Shown piece after piece: positions 9,701 through 19,481 of a DNA stretch of 64,000 bases. The translations under genes and the position numbers were made by a program. Numbering within the stretch: position 1 is the stretch's first letter; each line of letters starts with the position of its first letter. The notes beneath the pieces are model-generated. The model was not told the DNA's origin. It was given only the letters and a program-made list of their open reading frames with translations, and ran no database searches. This stretch comes from Promethearchaeota archaeon (lineage in GTDB: Archaea; Asgardarchaeota; Lokiarchaeia; Sigyniarchaeales; SOKP01): assembly GCA_030599585.1 (NCBI GenBank), contig JAUVNS010000007.1, forward strand, positions 1 through 64,000. Direction: 5' to 3'.

Positions 9701-10591
9701 GTGATAAGTGTGATTCAATATTTAAACATCTTAACTAAAGGCGGTAAATCATTGCTATTCCGAAATTACGGGAATTCAGACGTAGATCGAGATTTATTAG
9801 CGGGTTTTTTAAGCGCTTTTTCAGGATTTATGAAGGAAATTAGCCAAAGCGACATTAAGTCGACTGCAACTGATGAATTTAAGTATTATTATACGATTAT
9901 CGATGACATTATAATCGTGGTATGCACGGATTTAGAGGATGATGACGCAACAGTTAACTCTAAAATAACAACTACTCGTGTTAAATTCATAGAGAAATAT
10001 GGAGAACTTCTAGCAAGCGGTAAATGGACCGGGAATCGTGCGATTTTTGGGAGTTTTGAAAAGGAAATCGATGACATTATTTTAGGCGCTATTAAAGTTT
10101 CGATTATAGGGGTAGGAGGAGTTGGTAAAACTACACTCTTACACTTAATATGTGGTAAAGATATCGATTTAGAATATGTTCCAACTATAAATGTTGATAT
10201 AACTCCTTTTGACGGAAAAGAACTTGATGTTCCTCGTTCAATTGTTCTTTGGGATTTTGCAGGGCAAAAAAACTATAGATCCTTATGGAGAAGTTTACTA
10301 GATAGTACAGACATAGCGTTAATCGTCCTTGATTCAAGCTTTAAAAATGTTAATTACAGTAGAGATATAATTCGGGACATTTTAGATAAACAATATAAGG
10401 ATGTATTAGTAATTGGCATAGCTAACAAACAAGATATGCCCAATAGATTAACGCCCAAATTTTGCGAAAGAATTCTATCCGAAGCGGAAAGAGAACCGCC
10501 AATCAAAGTCCATGGAATGGTCGCGACTAATTCCGTGTACCGCGAGAAAATTCTTGCAATTTTACGAGAAGCAATCAATAAAATTATCTAG
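9701..10591 (+). CDS. longin-domain / Arf-related small GTPase fusion
   Basis: N-terminal ILTKGGKSLLFRNY...DLLAGFLSAFSGFMKEI (longin-like); C-terminal GVGGVGKT, YVPTI, WDFAGQ, ANKQD (Arf-type G4). Confidence 0.85.
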   Translation: MISVIQYLNILTKGGKSLLFRNYGNSDVDRDLLAGFLSAFSGFMKEISQSDIKSTATDEFKYYYTIIDDIIIVVCTDLEDDDATVNSKITTTRVKFIEKYGELLASGKWTGNRAIFGSFEKEIDDIILGAIKVSIIGVGGVGKTTLLHLICGKDIDLEYVPTINVDITPFDGKELDVPRSIVLWDFAGQKNYRSLWRSLLDSTDIALIVLDSSFKNVNYSRDIIRDILDKQYKDVLVIGIANKQDMPNRLTPKFCERILSEAEREPPIKVHGMVATNSVYREKILAILREAINKII

Positions 10592-10681
10592 TAATTTTGA
10601 ACAAAATATTAATTTTATAGCTAAAGCATAAAAAATTAAATGATTTTAGAATTATTGGTTATTATCTGACTTTCTTATGTT

Positions 10682-12439
10682 GTGATTGAATTGATTGAAT
10701 TTGAGTTAGAGGAATTTTCCCTTATTGATCGTGGTAAGTATAAAACATTAAGACTAAGGGATTTAACTGAAGAAGAGAGGTATCTAGTGGATCCAATTGT
10801 TGCCCCCACTTCGGGTTTGCGGATCAAGATACTTGACAAGATAGAAAGGGCAGGTTCAGAAAAGTATGTACTAACTAAGAGTAAGTTGTTCCTTTTTCTT
10901 CGCGTTTTTAAAGCTATTAGTCAAAAATACAAAGAAATGAAGGACGGTAACAATCTCAAAGTTTTGATTGTAACAGATAACCGTCCAACTAAAAGCATTC
11001 TATTAGAATATTGTTCTCAAATTTTTGCTTACGATGGATACGAAATTTTTCATCAAGAAGACAATCCCGGAGAATCGAAGGCATCTGCTCCGTATGGCGC
11101 AGCCTCTGTTGGTTTACTCAAGGATATTGATTTAGTAATCGTGCTAACTGCTTCTCATAATGAACTGTCTTGGAATGGAGTAAAATTTTACATCGATTAT
11201 CCAATGCCTATGTCGGGAGATTTATTCAAAGAAATTTCTTACAAGGCAATAGAAATCAAGGAAATAAATCTCGATCCTTTTTACAAGCCTATTAAAATTG
11301 ATGCTGAGCAGATAAATAACGATTATGTGATAAGCTTGTTAAATGATATTTTGGAGCTTAAAAGCTTATTGGGTTTAAAGATCGTTATTTGGCCATATCT
11401 AGGAAAAGCCAGAGGGATTGTTAATCTGTTTAAACGCTTAGGAGCAGAAGTGGTGCTAATTAACGAAGAAATTAATCCTCCTAACCCTATAAAAATCGTT
11501 CGTGAGGAAAAATTAAGGCAAGTCATGGAAAAAGAAGGATCAAATATAGCACTACTCTTAGACGCAGATCGAGATAGAATTGCATTGTATGTAAAACAGA
11601 ATGGTAAATATTGTTATTACATTCCAAATGAGATATATTCTGCCTTGCATAATATTTTAGCTAATCATTACCATAAAAAAATCATCAATGTGAGGACGAT
11701 TCCCAGTGATTTAAGAGGAGATGGAACGAGTTTTATAAATATTTTGACTGGTGTAGGTTATAAACATTTAGGAGTAATAATGTACTTTCTATTAGGTAAG
11801 GAAGTAGATCAGTCAAAAGTTGATAAAGCGATTCTCTATTATGAAGACGAGAACAAAACATTAGTTCAAATTAATAACGCTGACCCATTAAGACAAAAAC
11901 TAACTGAACTTATTGAAAAAGATAAGAAACATGAGGAAAGTTTTTTAATAGTAATGTGGGAAGAATCGGGAGGACATACTATTAATGTATTGAATCCTGT
12001 GAGAAAAGATAATATGGGGCATATCGTTTTTAATTCGAAGTTTCCAATAATTGCGGATAAATACCCTGTACCTGCTTTAGTTTTAATAACAGAACTAATT
12101 GCAAGAGGGCATGAAATATCAACATCAATTGATTGGTCGATTAAGGGGATAAATCGAACTATACCTGCTATAGACAAACAAAAGATTAAGATTATGAATA
12201 ATTTTATTAAAAACGACAAAAAAGCTCTCACAATTAATAAAAAAGAGTATAAAGTAAGTGCTTTATCTGATAATGCGAATAAAGTAGATATTTACCGACT
12301 TAAAAGCGCCGATTCTACGTTATATTTTAGACCAAGCGGCACAGGACCAGAAGTAAGGTTTTATATTTTTGGAAATCGAGACACTTACTTAGAAGAATTA
12401 AAAACAGTGCAAGATTATATAAAAATACAATATTCATAA
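10682..12439 (+). CDS. alpha-D-phosphohexomutase (phosphoglucomutase/phosphomannomutase family)
   Basis: TSGLR, TASHN (catalytic Ser), DADRDR (metal loop), WEESGG, RPSGT.P. Confidence 0.88.
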   Translation: MIELIEFELEEFSLIDRGKYKTLRLRDLTEEERYLVDPIVAPTSGLRIKILDKIERAGSEKYVLTKSKLFLFLRVFKAISQKYKEMKDGNNLKVLIVTDNRPTKSILLEYCSQIFAYDGYEIFHQEDNPGESKASAPYGAASVGLLKDIDLVIVLTASHNELSWNGVKFYIDYPMPMSGDLFKEISYKAIEIKEINLDPFYKPIKIDAEQINNDYVISLLNDILELKSLLGLKIVIWPYLGKARGIVNLFKRLGAEVVLINEEINPPNPIKIVREEKLRQVMEKEGSNIALLLDADRDRIALYVKQNGKYCYYIPNEIYSALHNILANHYHKKIINVRTIPSDLRGDGTSFINILTGVGYKHLGVIMYFLLGKEVDQSKVDKAILYYEDENKTLVQINNADPLRQKLTELIEKDKKHEESFLIVMWEESGGHTINVLNPVRKDNMGHIVFNSKFPIIADKYPVPALVLITELIARGHEISTSIDWSIKGINRTIPAIDKQKIKIMNNFIKNDKKALTINKKEYKVSALSDNANKVDIYRLKSADSTLYFRPSGTGPEVRFYIFGNRDTYLEELKTVQDYIKIQYS

Positions 12440-12478
12440 GACTCGACGAGTCAATTTAAAATTTAAAGCGTAAAAATT

Positions 12479-14467
12479 ATGAAAGACGATCGAAAAAAGT
12501 TATGGGAACCCTCTGCTGAATGGATAAAAAATGCCAATATCACACGATTTACAGAGTTCGTTAATAGAGAATACGGGCAGAATATAAAAGGGGGAAAAGA
12601 ATTATATAAATTTTCTGTAGATAATATAGAAGATTTTTGGGATGCTATGTGGAAGTTTTCTGATATAATCGCATCTAAACCATATGATAAAGTGGTGGAG
12701 GATTTAAGCGTTTTTCCCGGCACCAAATGGTTTCCTGGCGCTCGATTAAACTTCGCAGAAAATCTATTAAAGTATAAAGACGATCACTTAGCTTTTATAT
12801 TTCAGGGCGAAACTAAAGTAAGCAAACAAGTGACGTACGCAGAGTTAAATAGAATCGTTGCTCGGTTGGCAAAATCTCTTAAAGAATTGGGGGTCAATAT
12901 TGGAGATCGAGTTGTTTCTTATATACCAAACTTAATTGAAACACCTGTTGCCATGTTAGCAGCAACAGCGATTGGAGCTACATGGGCATCGTGTGGTGCT
13001 GAATTACAACCTAACGCCGTTATCGATAGGTTTGGACAAATTGAGCCAAAAGTCTTGTTTACAGTAGATGGCTACTTCTATAGGGATAAAGAGTTTAACA
13101 TACTTGAAAATGCCAAGGCTGTAGTTGAGGCGATTCCCTCTATCGAAAAAGTTATCGTTGTTTCTTATATTTCTCGAGATAAACCAGATATCAGTATCAT
13201 TTCTAACGCCGTCCATTGGGATGATTTTATATCCAAAGATGAGGACCCTTCTTTAGAATTTGAACAATTACCATTTGACCATCCTCTATATGTTATGTTC
13301 TCCTCTGGAACAACGGGAGCACCAAAGTGTCTCGTTCAAAGTGCCGGTGGTGTTCTAATTAATCATTTAAAGGAGTTAATCCTCTCAACTGATTGTAAAA
13401 GAAGCGATGTTCTAAATTATATCACCGCTCCTTCTTGGATGATGTGGAATTGGCTAATTAGTGGACTGGCAGTAGGGTGCACGATATTCCTATACGATGG
13501 TAATCCTCTTTATCCTGAACCATTGAGATTTTTTGAATTAATAGAAAAGCATAAAATATCTATTTTTGGTACCAGCGCTGCGTATATCCATTATTTAATG
13601 GGGCTTGGGGTTAAACCTGCCGAGAAATATGATTTAAGCGCGTTAAGAGAAATTTCGCAAACAGCGTCAACGCTTTCCCCAGAAGGATTTGAGTATGTCT
13701 ATAGAGATATTAAAAAGGATCTCTTTTTTAATTCGATTAGTGGAGGAACTGACATAAATGGTTGTTTTGCTGGAGCCATTCCAATTTTACCCGTTTATTC
13801 CGGTGAATTACAAGGTAGAGCATTAGCAATGAAAGTTGAGTCTTATTCTGGGAAATCTGAACCAATTGAAGATGAACAAGCAGAACTTGTGTGTGAAGCG
13901 CCAGCACCATCAATGCCGATTTACTTTTGGGGTGACGACGATAACATGACAAAATACAAAGCAGCCTATTTTAATTATTATAAAGATGTAGGAAAAATGG
14001 TCTGGAGACATGGCGATTATATTGTAATTCATAGCGATACGGGCGGCATAACATTCTGGGGTCGATCAGACGCAGTTTTAAAACCTTCTGGTGTTAGAAT
14101 TGGTACTGCAGAGATTTATAACGTGATTGAACAACTTCCCGAGATTGCTGATTCACTTGTTATAGGACAAAAATGGGAAGGAGATATTCGTATTATTATG
14201 TTCGTCTTATTAAACGAAGGTTTCGAGCTCAACGATGATTTGAAAACCAAAATTAAACAAACATTGCGAGAAAAAACCTCTCCTAGACATGTTCCAAAAT
14301 TAATTTTTCAAACACCTCCAGACGGCATTCCTTACACCTTCAGTAACAAAAAGGTGGAAATAGCGGTGACTAAAATCATCCATGGTATGTCAGTAGCTAA
14401 TCGTGGGGCTTTACGTAACCCTAACTCCCTCGATTTTTATATAGAAATGAAGGATAAACTAAAATAG
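12479..14467 (+). CDS. acetoacetate--CoA ligase (acetoacetyl-CoA synthetase)
   Basis: WFPGARLNFAENLL, FSSGTTGAPK, SGGTD, WRHGD, GRSDAVLKPSGVRIGTAEIY, KKVE.AV. Confidence 0.9.
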   Translation: MKDDRKKLWEPSAEWIKNANITRFTEFVNREYGQNIKGGKELYKFSVDNIEDFWDAMWKFSDIIASKPYDKVVEDLSVFPGTKWFPGARLNFAENLLKYKDDHLAFIFQGETKVSKQVTYAELNRIVARLAKSLKELGVNIGDRVVSYIPNLIETPVAMLAATAIGATWASCGAELQPNAVIDRFGQIEPKVLFTVDGYFYRDKEFNILENAKAVVEAIPSIEKVIVVSYISRDKPDISIISNAVHWDDFISKDEDPSLEFEQLPFDHPLYVMFSSGTTGAPKCLVQSAGGVLINHLKELILSTDCKRSDVLNYITAPSWMMWNWLISGLAVGCTIFLYDGNPLYPEPLRFFELIEKHKISIFGTSAAYIHYLMGLGVKPAEKYDLSALREISQTASTLSPEGFEYVYRDIKKDLFFNSISGGTDINGCFAGAIPILPVYSGELQGRALAMKVESYSGKSEPIEDEQAELVCEAPAPSMPIYFWGDDDNMTKYKAAYFNYYKDVGKMVWRHGDYIVIHSDTGGITFWGRSDAVLKPSGVRIGTAEIYNVIEQLPEIADSLVIGQKWEGDIRIIMFVLLNEGFELNDDLKTKIKQTLREKTSPRHVPKLIFQTPPDGIPYTFSNKKVEIAVTKIIHGMSVANRGALRNPNSLDFYIEMKDKLK

Positions 14468-14627
14468 AAAAATTTTCATCTTCTAGTTTTTTTTATATAT
14501 TACCATGATATTTGGTATTGTAATACAATAAAACATCCAGCTTTTCAATTTTTGAATCGATTTTTAAAATTTAATTACAATCGAATATTCTAATTATTAC
14601 ATTAACGAAAATCTTAATGAGATTAAA

Positions 14628-15884
14628 ATGCAAGAAAAAATAATTAGTGACGATATTCTTGAAAAGATGACTTTAGAGAATGTTTTTAAAATTTTTAACA
14701 GCAATGTATTTCCGATGCTCAATGACGAAGAACAAGAATATTGTAATGAACTTCAGGAGTTTTGCTTAGAACTTCACCCTAAAATTGATAAATCTAAAGA
14801 TGTTTACGTTTTGTTTCCAGAACTTGGAAAGCGTGGCTATATGCAACGAATAAACAAATGGAAAGATTTCGCCCCATATGGGATGAAAAAAGAAATCTTG
14901 CTGGGAACGCATTTATCGTTATTAGACCCTCAATTAGAATTAGCGAGATTAGCTAGTGGAATTTTATGCGGTAATCCGACATTTCACTATTTCGAACACG
15001 GAGGAACAAGTGAAATCATTCAAAAAATTCAAGACGAATTAATGTCTGGACAGAAAATAGGATGTATAGGAATAACCGAACCTGAACGAGGTTCTGATGC
15101 TGTGAATATGACAACTGTTGCAACTAAAGAAGGTGATTCTGTGATTTACAACGGTGAGAAAGTTTATACTACGAACGCTCCAAAGGCAGATTATTTTTGT
15201 GCTTATGGGGTATATGATACCGCAAATCCGCGTGATACAATGGTGCAAGCAATGATAAAACGTGATTTTGGTGTGAGAACAGAAAGATTAAAAATCAATT
15301 CTGTTCCACGAGTACACATTGCACACACTTTCTTTGAAAATGCGAAGATTCCAAACGATTACATCTTAGCTGATGATGGATTAGGTTATGTTAGATTGTT
15401 TGAAGGACTGGTTCCTGAGCGTTTAGGAATAATGGGTTCTGGTATTGGAATTTGTTGGTCAGGTTTAATTTACGGAATTCTCTACACAAACCTTAGAAAA
15501 CAATTTGGCAAGGCAGTAATTAGATATCAAGGCGTCGGTTATGGATTAGCAGACTTACTTACCAAATCAATTGCAGCTACAAGCTTAGCGCTTCAAGCAG
15601 CGACAATTTACGATGACAAGATACTATTTACAGATAAACCTTCAAAAGAGGCTATAAAGTGGGCTGCGGGTATATCAGCTCAAGGTAAGTATTACACTGC
15701 TAAGTTAACACACGAAATTTGTTATGAAGTTCAACAGCTTATGGGTGGTATCAGTGTTACCGATAATACTCCTATAGATGAGCTAGCTGATGTAAGTAAG
15801 ATTGAAGAAGTTATTGGTGGGGCCCGAAATATCCAACTCCTTATAATTCAATCTCAGATCCAAAGATTTATGGGATTATTATAA
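14628..15884 (+). CDS. acyl-CoA dehydrogenase
   Basis: GITEPERGSDA, NGEKVYTTN, RKQFGK.V..YQGV, QLMGG, GGARNIQ. Confidence 0.92.
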   Translation: MQEKIISDDILEKMTLENVFKIFNSNVFPMLNDEEQEYCNELQEFCLELHPKIDKSKDVYVLFPELGKRGYMQRINKWKDFAPYGMKKEILLGTHLSLLDPQLELARLASGILCGNPTFHYFEHGGTSEIIQKIQDELMSGQKIGCIGITEPERGSDAVNMTTVATKEGDSVIYNGEKVYTTNAPKADYFCAYGVYDTANPRDTMVQAMIKRDFGVRTERLKINSVPRVHIAHTFFENAKIPNDYILADDGLGYVRLFEGLVPERLGIMGSGIGICWSGLIYGILYTNLRKQFGKAVIRYQGVGYGLADLLTKSIAATSLALQAATIYDDKILFTDKPSKEAIKWAAGISAQGKYYTAKLTHEICYEVQQLMGGISVTDNTPIDELADVSKIEEVIGGARNIQLLIIQSQIQRFMGLL

Positions 15885-15920
15885 ATGTAAGTTTTCTTTT
15901 TTTTTCTTTTAATTTTAAAT

Positions 15921-16682
15921 TTAGAATATCAAACCAATACCAGATGTTATAATTGATTTTAAACCAATAACTATTAAAAAACAAAAAACTATAACCTGAA
16001 ATTTTTTGACAGGTATTTTAGGAGTTACCTTCTGACCAAATTTAGTTCCTAGAAATATAATTGGAAACCCTAAAAGAAACAAAATAAGCAATTCGTAAGG
16101 GAAAATATTTGTTATGAAATAAAATGGTGTCCTCGCAATAGAAAGCGAAAATCCAATCGCAGCGAAATTTCCAATAAAATTTTCTCTATAATGCCCCGTT
16201 TTTTCAAGCATCGCTACATTAATCGGTCCTGCAGCGCTTATCAATGCCGTTAATAATCCATAACTGAATCCACCAGCTATAATTAATGGGGATGTAGAAT
16301 TTAATCGCTTCTCAAACTCAATGTCGTCTTTTTTTTTTAAATATTCGTTTAATTTTATTGCCGAATAACCAAGAATAAATGCCCCGAGAATCAGTTCTAT
16401 CCATTCCAACTTAATTTCAATAAATAAGAATGTTCCAAAGATAGTAGCTGGTATACCTAACGCTAAGAATCTAATAAAGTAGCCCTTGTCCAATAACTCA
16501 CGATATTTTATGAAATTTAATAAGGCAGTTAGAATACCCCATAGATTTACTAGAATTACTGCGTTTTTAATTCCAATGATGGGAGTAATTATTGGGATCA
16601 AGATTAGAGCGTCTCCAAATCCAATTACCCCATAAACCATGCTCGAAAAAAAGATGGCAATTAATGAGAGATAGATAATCAT
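15921..16682 (-). CDS. sulfite exporter TauE/SafE family membrane protein
   Basis: G.IGFG.ALI..P N-terminal motif, two-fold internal repeat, about 8 TM helices. Confidence 0.85.
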   Translation of the reverse strand: MIIYLSLIAIFFSSMVYGVIGFGDALILIPIITPIIGIKNAVILVNLWGILTALLNFIKYRELLDKGYFIRFLALGIPATIFGTFLFIEIKLEWIELILGAFILGYSAIKLNEYLKKKDDIEFEKRLNSTSPLIIAGGFSYGLLTALISAAGPINVAMLEKTGHYRENFIGNFAAIGFSLSIARTPFYFITNIFPYELLILFLLGFPIIFLGTKFGQKVTPKIPVKKFQVIVFCFLIVIGLKSIITSGIGLIF

Positions 16683-16788
16683 ATTAAAATTGGTTGTTGT
16701 CAGAAATTAAAACTATTTATTATTACATTAATTATTACTATTCATTAATTTTACTCTAAGAGATATCATCTCCTTTCTTAAAATGGTT

Positions 16789-17541
16789 CTACTCATCAAG
16801 TAATTCATCAATCTTTTTCTGAACTGGTCCTTTTTCCTTTAGCTTTCCAAAAAGCATTTCCTTATTTTTTTCAACAAATTTCCACCCAAAACCAGTAAGG
16901 TCGCTTAAAGGGCCTTGAATTCCCTTAGGATTTCCCGTTCGTGTATAAATGACTTCCGTGTGTTTAATAGCCTTAAACACTTGATAGGGCGTTTCGTAGT
17001 TCTCAATAAGAGATTTTGCTTTTTTAGGGCCAATATCTACAAATCCCTCCACAATAAAAGTTCTCCTTTCCTCTACGCTCATGCTTTTAGGAGCTTTCCG
17101 AGAAAGAATCGTTGCACTATCTTTTACTTGCTCTCGATAAGCAATTCTCTCTATTACAATTGCTGTATCGCTCAAATTTCTGGTAGGAATAACAGCTATT
17201 CCCGATTTATAAGCGATTTTAGCGAGCGCACCATATATAGAAGCAATTTTCATCCCCGTGTTCTCAAATACTTTATCATTTAGACCCTCTAAAATCAGGA
17301 TTGCCGTAGAATATGTTTCTTTTAAGCGAAGGCATTGTTCAAATAGGCGGTTGTCCATAATGGAAGAGACAAAATCAAAACCTTCTTTTCTTTCGATCGC
17401 TACATCTTCAGTAATGACAATATCAGCAACATCAAGCTGTTTTGCTTCGAATTTAATATTTGGATGTTTCTCTTCTAATAATGCCATTAATTTTCTTTCC
17501 CTATTATCAACAATAATCTGTAATGTGCTTTGTTTGCTCAT
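16789..17541 (-). CDS. xpf: ERCC4-domain structure-specific endonuclease (short XPF type) with HhH
   Basis: IIVDNRE, VADIV, AIERK..FDFVSSI.D.RLFEQ, ILEG; HhH VDIGPKKAK; no helicase domain. Confidence 0.88.
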   Translation of the reverse strand: MSKQSTLQIIVDNRERKLMALLEEKHPNIKFEAKQLDVADIVITEDVAIERKEGFDFVSSIMDNRLFEQCLRLKETYSTAILILEGLNDKVFENTGMKIASIYGALAKIAYKSGIAVIPTRNLSDTAIVIERIAYREQVKDSATILSRKAPKSMSVEERRTFIVEGFVDIGPKKAKSLIENYETPYQVFKAIKHTEVIYTRTGNPKGIQGPLSDLTGFGWKFVEKNKEMLFGKLKEKGPVQKKIDELLDE

Positions 17542-17663
17542 TATTATCTCAGCTGGTAATAATTAAGGTGTTTTGTATATGATTAAATCTTCTTTGTAAA
17601 TTAATAGTAATTAATCTATAAAAATAAAAAATAATTCGTATATATTTAAAGGTTAAAGGTTTT

Positions 17664-18179
17664 CTATTTATCCTTAAAATTAACAAAATCCCCATTTCGA
17701 CTGAGGTAATCCCAAAGCTCTTTTACGCTAAAAAGTTTATTTCCGATTAAAATCAACAGTAAAATAAGAATCCCGCTAATTTCAGTTAAATAAACTAACG
17801 GATCATTAAAAAGCTTGTAAAACCAATAAGTTAAGGGATCACCAATAATTAAGAAATCATATTCGATAAACGGAAAGAATAAGGGGACCTCAGGTAAGTC
17901 TAATACCAAGTGAGTGACCATTCCAATTAAAAATGGGAGAGAAATGAAACTTTTTCTCTTTGTTGCTATATGTAAAATGATAAAACTTAGCAAGATAAAT
18001 AAGATGGTATGTGAGATTCCTCTACCAGAACCAAGGTTTAAGAATAGCATTGATTTATCAATAATATCCGGGAATAAGGAGCCAATTATTAAAGCAAGTC
18101 TATTAAATTTGAACCTCTTTTTAATTAATGGCAGTTCAAAGACGATGAGTGGAATAGCTATGTGAAATAATAGAAAAAT
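17664..18179 (-). CDS. membrane-bound metal-dependent hydrolase (YdjM-like), probable ATT start
   Basis: The frame stays open upstream of ATG 18050 and contains FH...GSLFPDIIDK; downstream RGISHT and THLVLD complete the family motifs. Confidence 0.8.
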   Translation of the reverse strand: MFLLFHIAIPLIVFELPLIKKRFKFNRLALIIGSLFPDIIDKSMLFLNLGSGRGISHTILFILLSFIILHIATKRKSFISLPFLIGMVTHLVLDLPEVPLFFPFIEYDFLIIGDPLTYWFYKLFNDPLVYLTEISGILILLLILIGNKLFSVKELWDYLSRNGDFVNFKDK

Positions 18180-18356
18180 CCTTAAAACCCCTCTTACAAA
18201 CCATATAATACTTGGAAAAAGTGAATAATTTCTGGGACAAAAAATAATATAATTATTACAATCGCAACTTCAATTGATAGTTTTAGTGCTCGTTTTAACA
18301 AATACGGATAGGAAATAGTTTTTTCTTCAGTCATAATAAAATTTTTTAAGCTCCAC

Positions 18357-19151
18357 TCAATAATCCTTTAAGACTTCCTCAACGGTGTAATTAAGATGTA
18401 CGATTTTGGAAAGAGCACTAACAATTTTGGTAGGGTCTTTTGCTTGGAATACGTTCCTTCCAAAGGCAACACCTGCGCCTCCCGCTTGTATCGAATCATG
18501 AACTAATTGAAGTAAATCAGGAATTGTGTCTGTTTTAGGGCCACCAGCAATAATAACGGGGACATCAACGCTCTTTACAATATATTTGAAGGAATCTATA
18601 TCTCCCGTGTAGTTTGTTTTAACAATATCCGCCCCTAGTTCTGCACCAGCTCTTACTGCAATATTTACAACGTCTGGAGCATACTCATCAGCAATTTTTT
18701 TTCCTCTAGGGTATAACATAGCCAATAATGGTACGCCCCATTCTCTTGAGGATTCAATTATTCGTTGAGCATCCTGAAGCATTTCTGGCTCTTCGTCTGC
18801 TCCAATATTAATATGAATCGATACTCCATCAGCACCCATTTTTAAAGCTCGTTCTACGGAACATACAATTACTTTTTTATTCGGATCAGGCGCTAAGCTA
18901 GTTGCTCCAGATAGATGTATAATTAAACCAACATCTATTCCATATTGTCTGTGACCTGCTCCAACCATTCCAGAGTGCTCAATTACTGCGTTAGCGCCTC
19001 CTAAAGCAACTTTATCAACCATATCCGCTAGGTTCTCCAAACCTTTAATAGTTCCTAAGGTTAAACCATGATCCATAGGGATCATGATAGTTCTTTTGCT
19101 TTTCCTATCGAATAATCGCTCAAGTCTAATACTCTTTCCTAGGTTTGACAT
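18357..19151 (-). CDS. DhnA-type class I aldolase (2-amino-3,7-dideoxy-D-threo-hept-6-ulosonate synthase / FBP aldolase)
   Basis: [33 protein letters not shown] (Schiff-base Lys), AGGPK, GRNVFQ. Confidence 0.9.
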   Translation of the reverse strand: MSNLGKSIRLERLFDRKSKRTIMIPMDHGLTLGTIKGLENLADMVDKVALGGANAVIEHSGMVGAGHRQYGIDVGLIIHLSGATSLAPDPNKKVIVCSVERALKMGADGVSIHINIGADEEPEMLQDAQRIIESSREWGVPLLAMLYPRGKKIADEYAPDVVNIAVRAGAELGADIVKTNYTGDIDSFKYIVKSVDVPVIIAGGPKTDTIPDLLQLVHDSIQAGGAGVAFGRNVFQAKDPTKIVSALSKIVHLNYTVEEVLKDY

Positions 19152-19241
19152 AATAATAATTCAATTTGAATGATACTTAAGTTATTGATAGTAAATGACA
19201 GTAGAAATATAAAATTATACCTCTGATGGTTTAGAATTAAT

Positions 19242-19316
19242 TCACCAAGGTCTTTTTATTGTCGTACTCCTACTCATCTTAGACTTGTCTGGATGATCTA
19301 ATTTGTAATGAATTCC
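19242..19316 (-). pseudogene. nadB: orphan copy of the nadB 3' end (att-like direct repeat, left island boundary)
   Basis: Translates GIHYKLDHPDKSKMSRSTTIKRPW* versus the nadB C-terminus GIHYNLDHPEKSEMSRSTTLRRPW*. 59/75 nt identical by manual count. There is an in-frame stop 7 codons upstream and no start codon. Confidence 0.9.
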
Positions 19317-19481
19317 CCAGCTTTTTTTTATTTTTTAAACTGATAGGTTCATGTTCATGTTGAGGATAAACTAAATGCTGGCTAATTTCCTCAGAGATAA
19401 GAGACTAGGGGAGGAAGTTATTGATGATTTCTGCTTTTTCTATGTATAAAGCTAAGCCTCCTCAAAGAGTAGGGTTTTATT

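Noticed and set aside
19317-19481. Possible integrase remnant next to the left att-like repeat
   Set aside because: The minus-strand frames I translated contain stops and no tyrosine- or serine-recombinase motif that I can recognise.
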